NCBI GenBank assembly: GCA_051532055.1
Contig: JAOPTX010000008.1
Span: 1 to 64,000 of the forward strand
Origin: Fibrobacterales bacterium
GTDB lineage: Bacteria > Fibrobacterota > Fibrobacteria > Fibrobacterales > JAOPTW01
Length of the DNA stretch: 64,000 bases
Direction: 5' to 3'
This document shows positions 39,499-47,982 of the stretch, piece after piece; the first letter of the stretch is position 1; each line of letters starts with the position of its first letter. A program made the translations under genes and the position numbers. The notes below the pieces were generated by a model. The model did no database searches and had not been told where the DNA came from. It saw only the letters and a program-made list of their open reading frames with translations.

Positions 39499-40272
39499 TC
39501 AATTTTTAGTAGTCTCAGCACAAAATGAGAACACTTTACACTTCCTATCGTCACAGTCAGTTGCACCATTATTATCATTATCCACGCCATCCTTACATTG
39601 CACTTCTGTATTTTCAACAGGCTTATTGCAAATTATAAAGGATTTGCACGCTGATTCGTCACAATCAATGACTCCATCCTCGTCATTATCGATACCATCA
39701 GAACAGGATTTTAAAGTGTTTTCCATTACCTCTTGGCAAAGGGTAAAATTTCTACAGCTAGAGTCTTCACAATCGATTCTGCCATCTTCATCATTATCGA
39801 CCTCATCTTGACACTCTTCAAAAGTCTCTTCGTGTGGGCCATGACAAAAATCAAAACTCCCGCACCCTGGGTCATAGCAATCGACAAGTCCATTTAAATC
39901 ATTATCAACACCATCGGTACATTTAGTGGCCGTGTTTTCTAACACCATTGCACAGCGAATATCTTTAGAATCTTCACTACAATCAAGTGGTGACCAAAGC
40001 TCTTCATCCTCTTCATTACTCATAGGAATAGTATTTGGCTCTGATTCTGAAGATGAGTCATTGAAATACGAGTAGTTTGTTGGGTCACAAACATCTACGG
40101 TATAGCAGTCTTGGTCGATACAATCAATATAACCATCCTCATCATTATCAAGACCATCGCTACAAAGGCGATCGGTTGATTCTTCTGACAATTCAGTATT
40201 GACTGGTTTTGAGGTTTCTAAAAAGCAACTTGAAAACAGGAGTAACGTTATTACAGCAATAACTCGTTTCAT
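39499..40272 (-). CDS. Lipoprotein with five CxDGxDNDxDGxxDCxDxxC repeats
   Basis: MKRVIAVITLLLFSSC signal/lipobox places the start at 40272; five repeats counted. Confidence 0.8.
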   Translation of the reverse strand: MKRVIAVITLLLFSSCFLETSKPVNTELSEESTDRLCSDGLDNDEDGYIDCIDQDCYTVDVCDPTNYSYFNDSSSESEPNTIPMSNEEDEELWSPLDCSEDSKDIRCAMVLENTATKCTDGVDNDLNGLVDCYDPGCGSFDFCHGPHEETFEECQDEVDNDEDGRIDCEDSSCRNFTLCQEVMENTLKSCSDGIDNDEDGVIDCDESACKSFIICNKPVENTEVQCKDGVDNDNNGATDCDDRKCKVFSFCAETTKN

Positions 40273-40372
40273 AAATTTTCCAAAAGGAATGTGTGTCCAT
40301 AAAAAAGATACTATTCTGAGAAAGTATTTGATGTACTTGGCCATAGATACTTAATTAAGCGGTCACTGATTG

Positions 40373-40407
40373 TGAGTGGGTGAGTGAGTGAGTGAGTGAG
40401 TGAGTGA
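40373..40407. repeat. (TGAG)n tetranucleotide microsatellite
   Basis: TGAG TGGG (TGAG)6 TGA. Confidence 0.9.
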
Positions 40408-40491
40408 TTATACTGTAACTAATTCCCCAAAATGCTGGCCATTTGTTTTAGGAATTCAATACAGTAGTACATCCTCCTAATACAGCACACA

Positions 40492-43400
40492 CTACTGTAG
40501 TAATAGTACCCCTACAGTTTCTGTGTTCAGTAAATACTCTTGAATGCCATGCACATCGATAAATGCTTTTTCGACTCCATTCAGATCATAAAACATCAAC
40601 ACAGAAACTCCTAAAGGAATCTGTATACGATTCACCCCCGGGGATACCAGTACCATTTTTTGCAATGTGACTGACTCATACAAGATTGGTGCTATGGTAT
40701 GACTCAGTGCACTACTACTTTGAGCTATAGGTATTATCTGTGTAGAAGAAAGGATGGCAGTATCAGATCTGTCACCAATATCACCTGTACTATCATTAAC
40801 GCCAACAACACCGCCAGCAGTTTTTCCTTCATTTGCACTTGTATGAGGAAGCAGGACATTTCCATTGCCACTCGCTGACTGCTGTATAATACTCGAGTAG
40901 ATATTTGGTGATTGAGCACTACTGCTCAATTGTACTACAGAAGATACATTTACATTTCCTGAACTATTTTGTGAGATACTTGATGAAGTATGGCCCTGTC
41001 CACCACCAGGTCTTGTGCTAACTGTTGAATCAGGCTCACCCTCCCACAGGCCAAAATATTGGCTAAAAGTTATATCAAAATGAGGTACTAACGCCAAAGA
41101 CCGTTCAGTGGGATCTATAATATAGAGCTGTCCTTCATTATTCTCCCAATAAGAAAAAGCATAACCCGAATCCGCAAAGGCAGTAAGATAGACACTATCA
41201 CCTGCTGAAACAATAACATGCTCTGGATCTGATAAACCATTATCATTGGGGAGTACACTAATTTCAACAGGATTATAGACTGACCTGACAGATAGCTGAA
41301 CGGGGCTCGAGCCCGTTACCACTTCAATGGTCTGTGGCTTTTTCAAGTTTGAGGAAAAATATCTAAAAATGTTATCATAGTTAGTTACTGTAACAATAGT
41401 ATCCAACGCCAACGATTCAGTACCTAAATGACGTACATTGAATGTATAATTTTGATCTCTGCTTTTGAAAACAACTCCTTGAGAACCGGGGAGCAATGGT
41501 GTATATTCAAAGTTATACATAGTGTACGATTGCAGCTGAAAGGTCTGAAGGGTATCAGAGAGAAAATAGGTATCAGTTGGAACTGTAGGTATTGTACCAA
41601 TCTTAATACCAATGCCGCCTTGGTCATTAGCTATACTGGAACTCGTATATATTTTATAAATATTCTTGCTACTGTCCCCCGGTATAGTCCATATACATTT
41701 TTCATCAAGACATTCATAAATGCTCTCTAATTGATAATTATCTTTATATGATTGAATATGCATTCGATGCTTTTGTCCATTAATTAACTCGAATTGATGA
41801 TCTACCGAATCGAAGCCAGCAATTGTAAACCAAATACCATTTGAAGCATCTTGACCCTGTGCATTGGCAAATAAATCCAAGCTATCTATAGAGGCAATTT
41901 GGATGGGTACTACTTCATGAGCAACAGCCCGTACTGTAACATCTGAATTAACAATAAGTTGAGTGGTTCTATTATTAGGAAAAAGCAGCGTTCCTAGGCC
42001 ATCAATGAGATCCCAATACGCGAAATAGTACCCTGGCTCATCTTCTACTGTGAGTTGAATAGTATCACCTAAAACGGCAACACTATCAAAATAGTGTAAA
42101 TTGAGTCCTAGACCTGGTTCAATAGTCACTGAATGAGATTTTAATACAGAGACCACTATTGAATCTGGATTACCTGTGGAGCTTTGAGGGTATAGAATAA
42201 AATAATGTGGTACCCCAATGGAATCAACTTTAAAAGAGATTCCATTACCAAAATTTTTAGAAACTCTAGGCGATAAGGTTGAGTCGGTACCACAGTAAAA
42301 TCTTTGGTGGTTCTTAACATTATAACTAAAAAAGGTATAAACCCCCGTATCAAGGGGAGTATACTTCCATAGCTGGCCAAGTCTTCCAGCAGTATTAAAC
42401 TCATCATAGGTAAAGCTATATGTTTCGGGAGTACTTGTTAATTCTATCCCATCAAGGCGCGTAACAACTGGGCGAATTTCACTATCAGCAGAAACGGTTA
42501 GTGGGGTAACCGCTTGAGTCGAGTCCCCATAGGTGACATCTCCCACTACGGTCTCCCAGTGTACAAAACGGTAACCGGGGTCAACCCATGCGCGTACAGA
42601 GTCCATATATTGATTCGATTTAATTGTGCCTGCATAAGGCTTTGTGCGTACAGACTCCGCATCACTCATGGTTAGTTGATAGGGAATCTGCGTGAGTTTA
42701 TTCACATCAATATCTAGATTCACTCCAAATCCATAGTTACGGATATTATAAATTCTAACGTATATCGGAATGTTTTGGGTTAATGATTCAATGTTCTGAC
42801 TTTTCCTATTCAATCCATAGTTATCATAGTTTTGAAGTATTGTATCATTATAAATAGATATCCCTTGATTAAAATATTTCTCTTGATGAATCGTAAACAG
42901 GTATTCGCCTGTTTCTTGTGGGACATATTTCACCATTATAAAGTTTTGATCATTAGAAGTTGCCACACTGTCCCAAATAATACTTTGTCTACCAGTAGTT
43001 ATCTCTACCATGTTTTTAATAGGGAACCGTGCATGTACATATGAATCCAATGTGTCGTTACACAATAATTCTATTGTAGAGTGAGAAGAATCACTTAAAA
43101 GAGTAAGGTTATTGCTTAGTTCCCAACGTATGGTATTAAAGTTGTGGGTCTCTTTATTTGATGTATAAGAAATAGTGTTTTTTAAGGTATCACCCGGCTG
43201 ACAATACCCCCGATTATTATCACTAAATTCTGATACCCCTGGAATAGAAGTAGACCACTCTACATGTTTCTTGTCTATGGTAATATTAAAATTATAAAGA
43301 GAAGAACTATCTGGAATTGTTGATGATGCTGGTGAAACATATATATACAGAGTATCACCCACAGAAACTTCACTTCCATTTTTATTAAAATAATGAGAGT

Positions 43401-46400
43401 ACTCGTCATTAAATGATAAGGATGACGTTCTCGTTGTAAATGTTGAATCAGTATAAAAACGAATGTATCGGTAACTCCCTGTATTCTGTTCTATTTTTAA
43501 TCTAAATTCGGTATCTTCAGTAACGCCATATTTCATAAAAACACCTTGTGCCATTTCACCCTGTCTGGATTGAGTAATTGGAGTAATATGATTTACACCT
43601 CTATGTAATCCCCATTTACGAAACGATTTAAAATGCGGTTTGATTGTTGAGGGTTCAGAAATTGAAACACGTATCGTTTGGTTGGTATCACTATCAATAT
43701 AAATTGAAGGAGTTCTTTTTTCCCACAGGTCTATATCATACAAAGCATCGGGGAGTGCGCGTAATTCGATAGTATCTGAAGGAGCCAACCACATAGGACT
43801 TTGATTAACGGTACCATTGGGACTACTCACATCAACAGTGAGAAGATTTTTTTTCTCAAAAGCTACCTCTATTTCATAATCATTCTGTGAAGAGTAACTC
43901 AATGCTACCCGAAACCCAAGAACAGTACCTGGTGTATCGATGTGAAATTCGCTGGTGTATACCCTCTTATTATTTATTGTAGCATAGCTCATTGAAAGCA
44001 GTACACTATCAGTATTCTGTGCATTTAGTTGAAACCCTATCAACGGAACAGTACCATCAGAGTTACGGGTGAACTTATACAGGCCAGTATCGAGGGGAGC
44101 TGTTTCGAAAAAGATTCCGTGAGCAGTATTTTTATTAGCCGCATTATCTTTAATAAAATACTCAATGAGAGTTGCAGTGAGTTCTGTATATTCTGCTTTT
44201 TTTAGCACTGGAGTTAGTTTCACATTACCATTGAGTAGCACAGGGCAATTAACAGAATCTGGTTTAATAAGATGAACCGTACCCGAATCATTATGCCAAT
44301 AATCGAGTTCCCAACTAATATCGGGATTAACAATTAGTGCGAGAGTATCTCCTGCATAGCTTTTTGCAGTAGGTATAGGTAGTGTATAATTCGCGCCTTG
44401 GGTTATCACATAGAAATAGTTAGGTAACACTTGTACCTCAAGTGTTTTATTTTTGTCAGCTAAATTATGGGTAACTACCCTAAAAAATAGAGAGTCATAT
44501 AGAGTGAGATTTGAAAATACTATTGTCCCCTCTCCCTTAAGGTTATCGGCATATCCTGTAAATGTGGAATCATCACGATAAAAATACACTGTTTTAGCGA
44601 GTGGTTTATTACCAGTAAAAACAATAGAAACATCTTCATTATGTAATTGAGTATACTTAAAAAGCATACCGTTACCAAAGACCCTCCCCGCCGCGTCATT
44701 TGTTACATTGTAGCTACTCACCGTATTACTTAATGTATGCACAACAGCCTTTTTATATACGGCAGTAATATCGGTGAATCCATTAAACGTAAAATTCACT
44801 GAATCGGCAGTAAGATCAGAAATACCAGGGGAACCACGAGTCACATTCCAATGATCATGATAATAGCCATTTGCAGGATACGCCTCAAGTAGAACCTGAG
44901 ATCCAACCGCATGATACGTAACAGGTGAAAAATTAAGAACTCCATCTCCCTCTTTAGTCAGGTTCAATGATGGCTTTGCTACAATCGAAAAACTGTCTAG
45001 AGAATCTCCACTATATGAATGAACACTATAAACATCGGTATCTCCGGCAGACAATGTTCCTGAAAGCTGATATCTGTCAAATTCCCGGGGGGCAGCAGCA
45101 CTATCAATTCTGTTTTTTCTCATATTGAGATGTTGACCATTCTGACCTGCTACTTCTATTGCATATCCCCCCTCAGTATGTGCGGTGTAGCTAAACATCA
45201 TTCCAGGGTAGATATCATTTTGTAAGCTTTTATCTATAACTGGGTAGACACTCGGAGTAAATCCGATAGGATTATGGGGCACTGTATCAGTTACAATTGA
45301 GAGTACAACATCACTCGTTACATTTGAAACCTCTGTGCAGAAGACTGTTTCTCCAGGGGTAAGAGTGGCTGAACCAGAAGACACATTCCACCCGGTTATA
45401 TAATTAGACAACTTGGGGTAGGCGCAAAGGGTTCTTTGAATTGATGAAATGACATAGTTATCACCCGGAACCATCGAAAGTGCGTTATTTGAATTAATGG
45501 ATAATGTGTGAGGCTTTAAGGTATATATAATATATTCTAGAGAATTACCCCCACTCTGTTCTATAGCCAGATAGTGTAGTTGATTTACAAAGGCAGGATT
45601 AATATCAACCATATAGGTGTACTCTGATTTACTATACACTGACTCAACAACAGCACCACGAGTATTTCGGGCATAATCCCGAATAGTAAAAAGGCCACCA
45701 TCGGTATGCTCAACATGAATTGCCAACATGCCTGCATGAGTTGGGGTATAGCTATGGTAGATTGTTGTATGGTTAGCGACAATTGCAGGAGTTACAGAAT
45801 CGACAGTATTGCGAATAGTCCGAATTGGAGCTTGATAGTGATGGGCTTTTACTGTAGCGGCGCCACTATACTTGACTATGGTATGCTGTGCAGATGTCTC
45901 AACAATATCAGGTGTACCCTGTAAAACTTCCCAATGAGAAAAATTGTAGAATTGATCTGGGTATGAACTTAAAACGATAGAATCATTATCAAAGAAGTAT
46001 GGGTCACCAGTTAACCATCGAGAAATATCCCCTCTCCTATCTGTTTCAAAATACTGTTTTCGTTTAAAGCCAAATTTAAAGTCACTTTTATACCTGCCTT
46101 TAATTGTAAAATACAGTACTTGCCCAATCGAATCTACGGGAATATAAGGATTAGTTAAGAGGTTTTGTTTTAGATCCACAAAAGTTGAATCACTATGCAA
46201 AATTATAGCAGATGTCGTACTCTGCTCTTCTAAAGCAACAAATAGTGTATCAGTATCAACTGTAGTATAAGAGAAATAAACTCCATCAAAAAACTTACCA
46301 AATGGGGCGTCAGCTTCATAATTATATTGCACCTTTCCTGTATTGAGTGAATGAATTTTAGGTGATGCCTTCAAAGTAATCTCTGTATCATCAGTAGCAA

Positions 46401-47709
46401 CCAAATGAGCTAATGTATGTGTAATGGAATCAAGGGTAAAAGTAGCCATACCATTACTAGTAAAGCTGGTATCTAATTCTATAATTTTATCATAACCCAA
46501 TCTTACAGTGGTAGGGGTATTATCCGACACGTACAGAGTATCAATTGTCTTTCTTGTTAAGTCGGATGCATTAATAGCTATAGTTTCAGGTGAATGGATT
46601 ATAATTTCGTGAGCGTCTAACAGATCAATTGCAATAGGACGGTTGAAACCGTTCAAGGTTGTACTTTTCAATTTAAAAGTATGAACCTGTCCAATACTAT
46701 CAGATACAAAATATATGCTGGTAGCCCAATCATAACTTTTTCCATTCTGTTCATCGAGCCTATCAATATTTTGAAAATGCCATACACTATACTGCGACCC
46801 GTATAAATTCGTTTTTAAAAACTTATCTCCTACCTTTTTTGCAGTATACTTTAACCAGACTTCATAATTATCTATACCCGGAACCACTTTGTTGGTTAAA
46901 TCAAAGGTATCTAATCCATCCCTCAAGCGATAGCGCGGTATTTCCATAAAAACTGGAGTGATAAGCGCATTGGTAGAAGCCTTTATGGTCACTGAAAGGC
47001 CCGTAGTATTCCCCAAAGTAACGGCGCCAGAGTCTATTCGCCAATGAGAAAAATAGGATCCTGCAACCGGTTTTGCATACAACGGAATCCGCATAATGCT
47101 ATCCGCCATAACTAAAGTAGCTTCCGTAGAATCGGGACTCCCCTGTGCTACCCCACCATGAATCGAAGGACTGAAAGTGATCTGGTATTCATGTAATTGA
47201 TAAATGGTTATTTCATCGACAAACACACCCATTGTATAATTCGAGACATCTGTAGCATATTCAAAAACATAATTAATTGTTTTCCCCCGATGGCTATCGA
47301 GAGAAAAATTGAGTTGTTCCCATTGAGTCAAATTTTTATTGGTGTGATAGAGGGTATCGACAATACCTGTAGTACTATCGGTAATCATAATTCTAAAGTC
47401 ATTGTTAGCAACTGCACGCCAAAGATAGAGTGACAATTTCAAATCATTTACATTAGGTAGTTGTATCCACTGAGACCAGGTTTTACTGGTAAGATTATAG
47501 CGATAAGAGTCATCCTGTAATGTTCCCAGATATTTTGATCCTTCAAATGGAGTAGGTCCATATTGCGCGCCCCCCCCCCACTTAATATCATTCTTACTCT
47601 CTGAATACATTTGAGGATTTTCCTCAAAATCCTCATAATAGATGTAAGCATTAGCCGTGCCAATAAGCACGAACATTGCTGCAATAATCATTTGCACACA
47701 TAATTTCAT
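40492..47709 (-). CDS. Giant modular surface protein (adhesin-like)
   Basis: Signal peptide (ANA), N-terminal jelly-roll (YEDFE...WEQLNFSL...GVFVDEITI), about 10-11 alternating beta-sandwich units, Ser-rich linker, T9SS-CTD-like end (FYDLNG); ATG 47709 or TTG 47721. Confidence 0.75.
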   Translation of the reverse strand: MKLCVQMIIAAMFVLIGTANAYIYYEDFEENPQMYSESKNDIKWGGGAQYGPTPFEGSKYLGTLQDDSYRYNLTSKTWSQWIQLPNVNDLKLSLYLWRAVANNDFRIMITDSTTGIVDTLYHTNKNLTQWEQLNFSLDSHRGKTINYVFEYATDVSNYTMGVFVDEITIYQLHEYQITFSPSIHGGVAQGSPDSTEATLVMADSIMRIPLYAKPVAGSYFSHWRIDSGAVTLGNTTGLSVTIKASTNALITPVFMEIPRYRLRDGLDTFDLTNKVVPGIDNYEVWLKYTAKKVGDKFLKTNLYGSQYSVWHFQNIDRLDEQNGKSYDWATSIYFVSDSIGQVHTFKLKSTTLNGFNRPIAIDLLDAHEIIIHSPETIAINASDLTRKTIDTLYVSDNTPTTVRLGYDKIIELDTSFTSNGMATFTLDSITHTLAHLVATDDTEITLKASPKIHSLNTGKVQYNYEADAPFGKFFDGVYFSYTTVDTDTLFVALEEQSTTSAIILHSDSTFVDLKQNLLTNPYIPVDSIGQVLYFTIKGRYKSDFKFGFKRKQYFETDRRGDISRWLTGDPYFFDNDSIVLSSYPDQFYNFSHWEVLQGTPDIVETSAQHTIVKYSGAATVKAHHYQAPIRTIRNTVDSVTPAIVANHTTIYHSYTPTHAGMLAIHVEHTDGGLFTIRDYARNTRGAVVESVYSKSEYTYMVDINPAFVNQLHYLAIEQSGGNSLEYIIYTLKPHTLSINSNNALSMVPGDNYVISSIQRTLCAYPKLSNYITGWNVSSGSATLTPGETVFCTEVSNVTSDVVLSIVTDTVPHNPIGFTPSVYPVIDKSLQNDIYPGMMFSYTAHTEGGYAIEVAGQNGQHLNMRKNRIDSAAAPREFDRYQLSGTLSAGDTDVYSVHSYSGDSLDSFSIVAKPSLNLTKEGDGVLNFSPVTYHAVGSQVLLEAYPANGYYHDHWNVTRGSPGISDLTADSVNFTFNGFTDITAVYKKAVVHTLSNTVSSYNVTNDAAGRVFGNGMLFKYTQLHNEDVSIVFTGNKPLAKTVYFYRDDSTFTGYADNLKGEGTIVFSNLTLYDSLFFRVVTHNLADKNKTLEVQVLPNYFYVITQGANYTLPIPTAKSYAGDTLALIVNPDISWELDYWHNDSGTVHLIKPDSVNCPVLLNGNVKLTPVLKKAEYTELTATLIEYFIKDNAANKNTAHGIFFETAPLDTGLYKFTRNSDGTVPLIGFQLNAQNTDSVLLSMSYATINNKRVYTSEFHIDTPGTVLGFRVALSYSSQNDYEIEVAFEKKNLLTVDVSSPNGTVNQSPMWLAPSDTIELRALPDALYDIDLWEKRTPSIYIDSDTNQTIRVSISEPSTIKPHFKSFRKWGLHRGVNHITPITQSRQGEMAQGVFMKYGVTEDTEFRLKIEQNTGSYRYIRFYTDSTFTTRTSSLSFNDEYSHYFNKNGSEVSVGDTLYIYVSPASSTIPDSSSLYNFNITIDKKHVEWSTSIPGVSEFSDNNRGYCQPGDTLKNTISYTSNKETHNFNTIRWELSNNLTLLSDSSHSTIELLCNDTLDSYVHARFPIKNMVEITTGRQSIIWDSVATSNDQNFIMVKYVPQETGEYLFTIHQEKYFNQGISIYNDTILQNYDNYGLNRKSQNIESLTQNIPIYVRIYNIRNYGFGVNLDIDVNKLTQIPYQLTMSDAESVRTKPYAGTIKSNQYMDSVRAWVDPGYRFVHWETVVGDVTYGDSTQAVTPLTVSADSEIRPVVTRLDGIELTSTPETYSFTYDEFNTAGRLGQLWKYTPLDTGVYTFFSYNVKNHQRFYCGTDSTLSPRVSKNFGNGISFKVDSIGVPHYFILYPQSSTGNPDSIVVSVLKSHSVTIEPGLGLNLHYFDSVAVLGDTIQLTVEDEPGYYFAYWDLIDGLGTLLFPNNRTTQLIVNSDVTVRAVAHEVVPIQIASIDSLDLFANAQGQDASNGIWFTIAGFDSVDHQFELINGQKHRMHIQSYKDNYQLESIYECLDEKCIWTIPGDSSKNIYKIYTSSSIANDQGGIGIKIGTIPTVPTDTYFLSDTLQTFQLQSYTMYNFEYTPLLPGSQGVVFKSRDQNYTFNVRHLGTESLALDTIVTVTNYDNIFRYFSSNLKKPQTIEVVTGSSPVQLSVRSVYNPVEISVLPNDNGLSDPEHVIVSAGDSVYLTAFADSGYAFSYWENNEGQLYIIDPTERSLALVPHFDITFSQYFGLWEGEPDSTVSTRPGGGQGHTSSSISQNSSGNVNVSSVVQLSSSAQSPNIYSSIIQQSASGNGNVLLPHTSANEGKTAGGVVGVNDSTGDIGDRSDTAILSSTQIIPIAQSSSALSHTIAPILYESVTLQKMVLVSPGVNRIQIPLGVSVLMFYDLNGVEKAFIDVHGIQEYLLNTETVGVLLLQ
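47570..47579 (-). repeat. G10 homopolymer in the 5' coding region of the giant surface protein
   Basis: C10 on the + strand; coding strand TGG GGG GGG GGC (WGGG). Confidence 0.9.
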
Positions 47710-47982
47710 CCCAAACACCAATTTACCAAGCCACTCAATATTAAAAGTAGCATTTATTTAACCTTATACCACGCAGTATTAGTAAGCTGTAGATCATATT
47801 GAATTACAGTACCTACATGATGCCCAATACACTCCCAGCAACTGCTTACCCTTGGTAAACACTATAGATTTCACTTTAAAAACCTCATACACAATCGTTA
47901 GTTAAACCGATACTGGGCGTCCTCAGGTTGATTTAAGTGAGTTTTAGCTCATACTGTTACTAACCACCCATCCATCTGAGTA

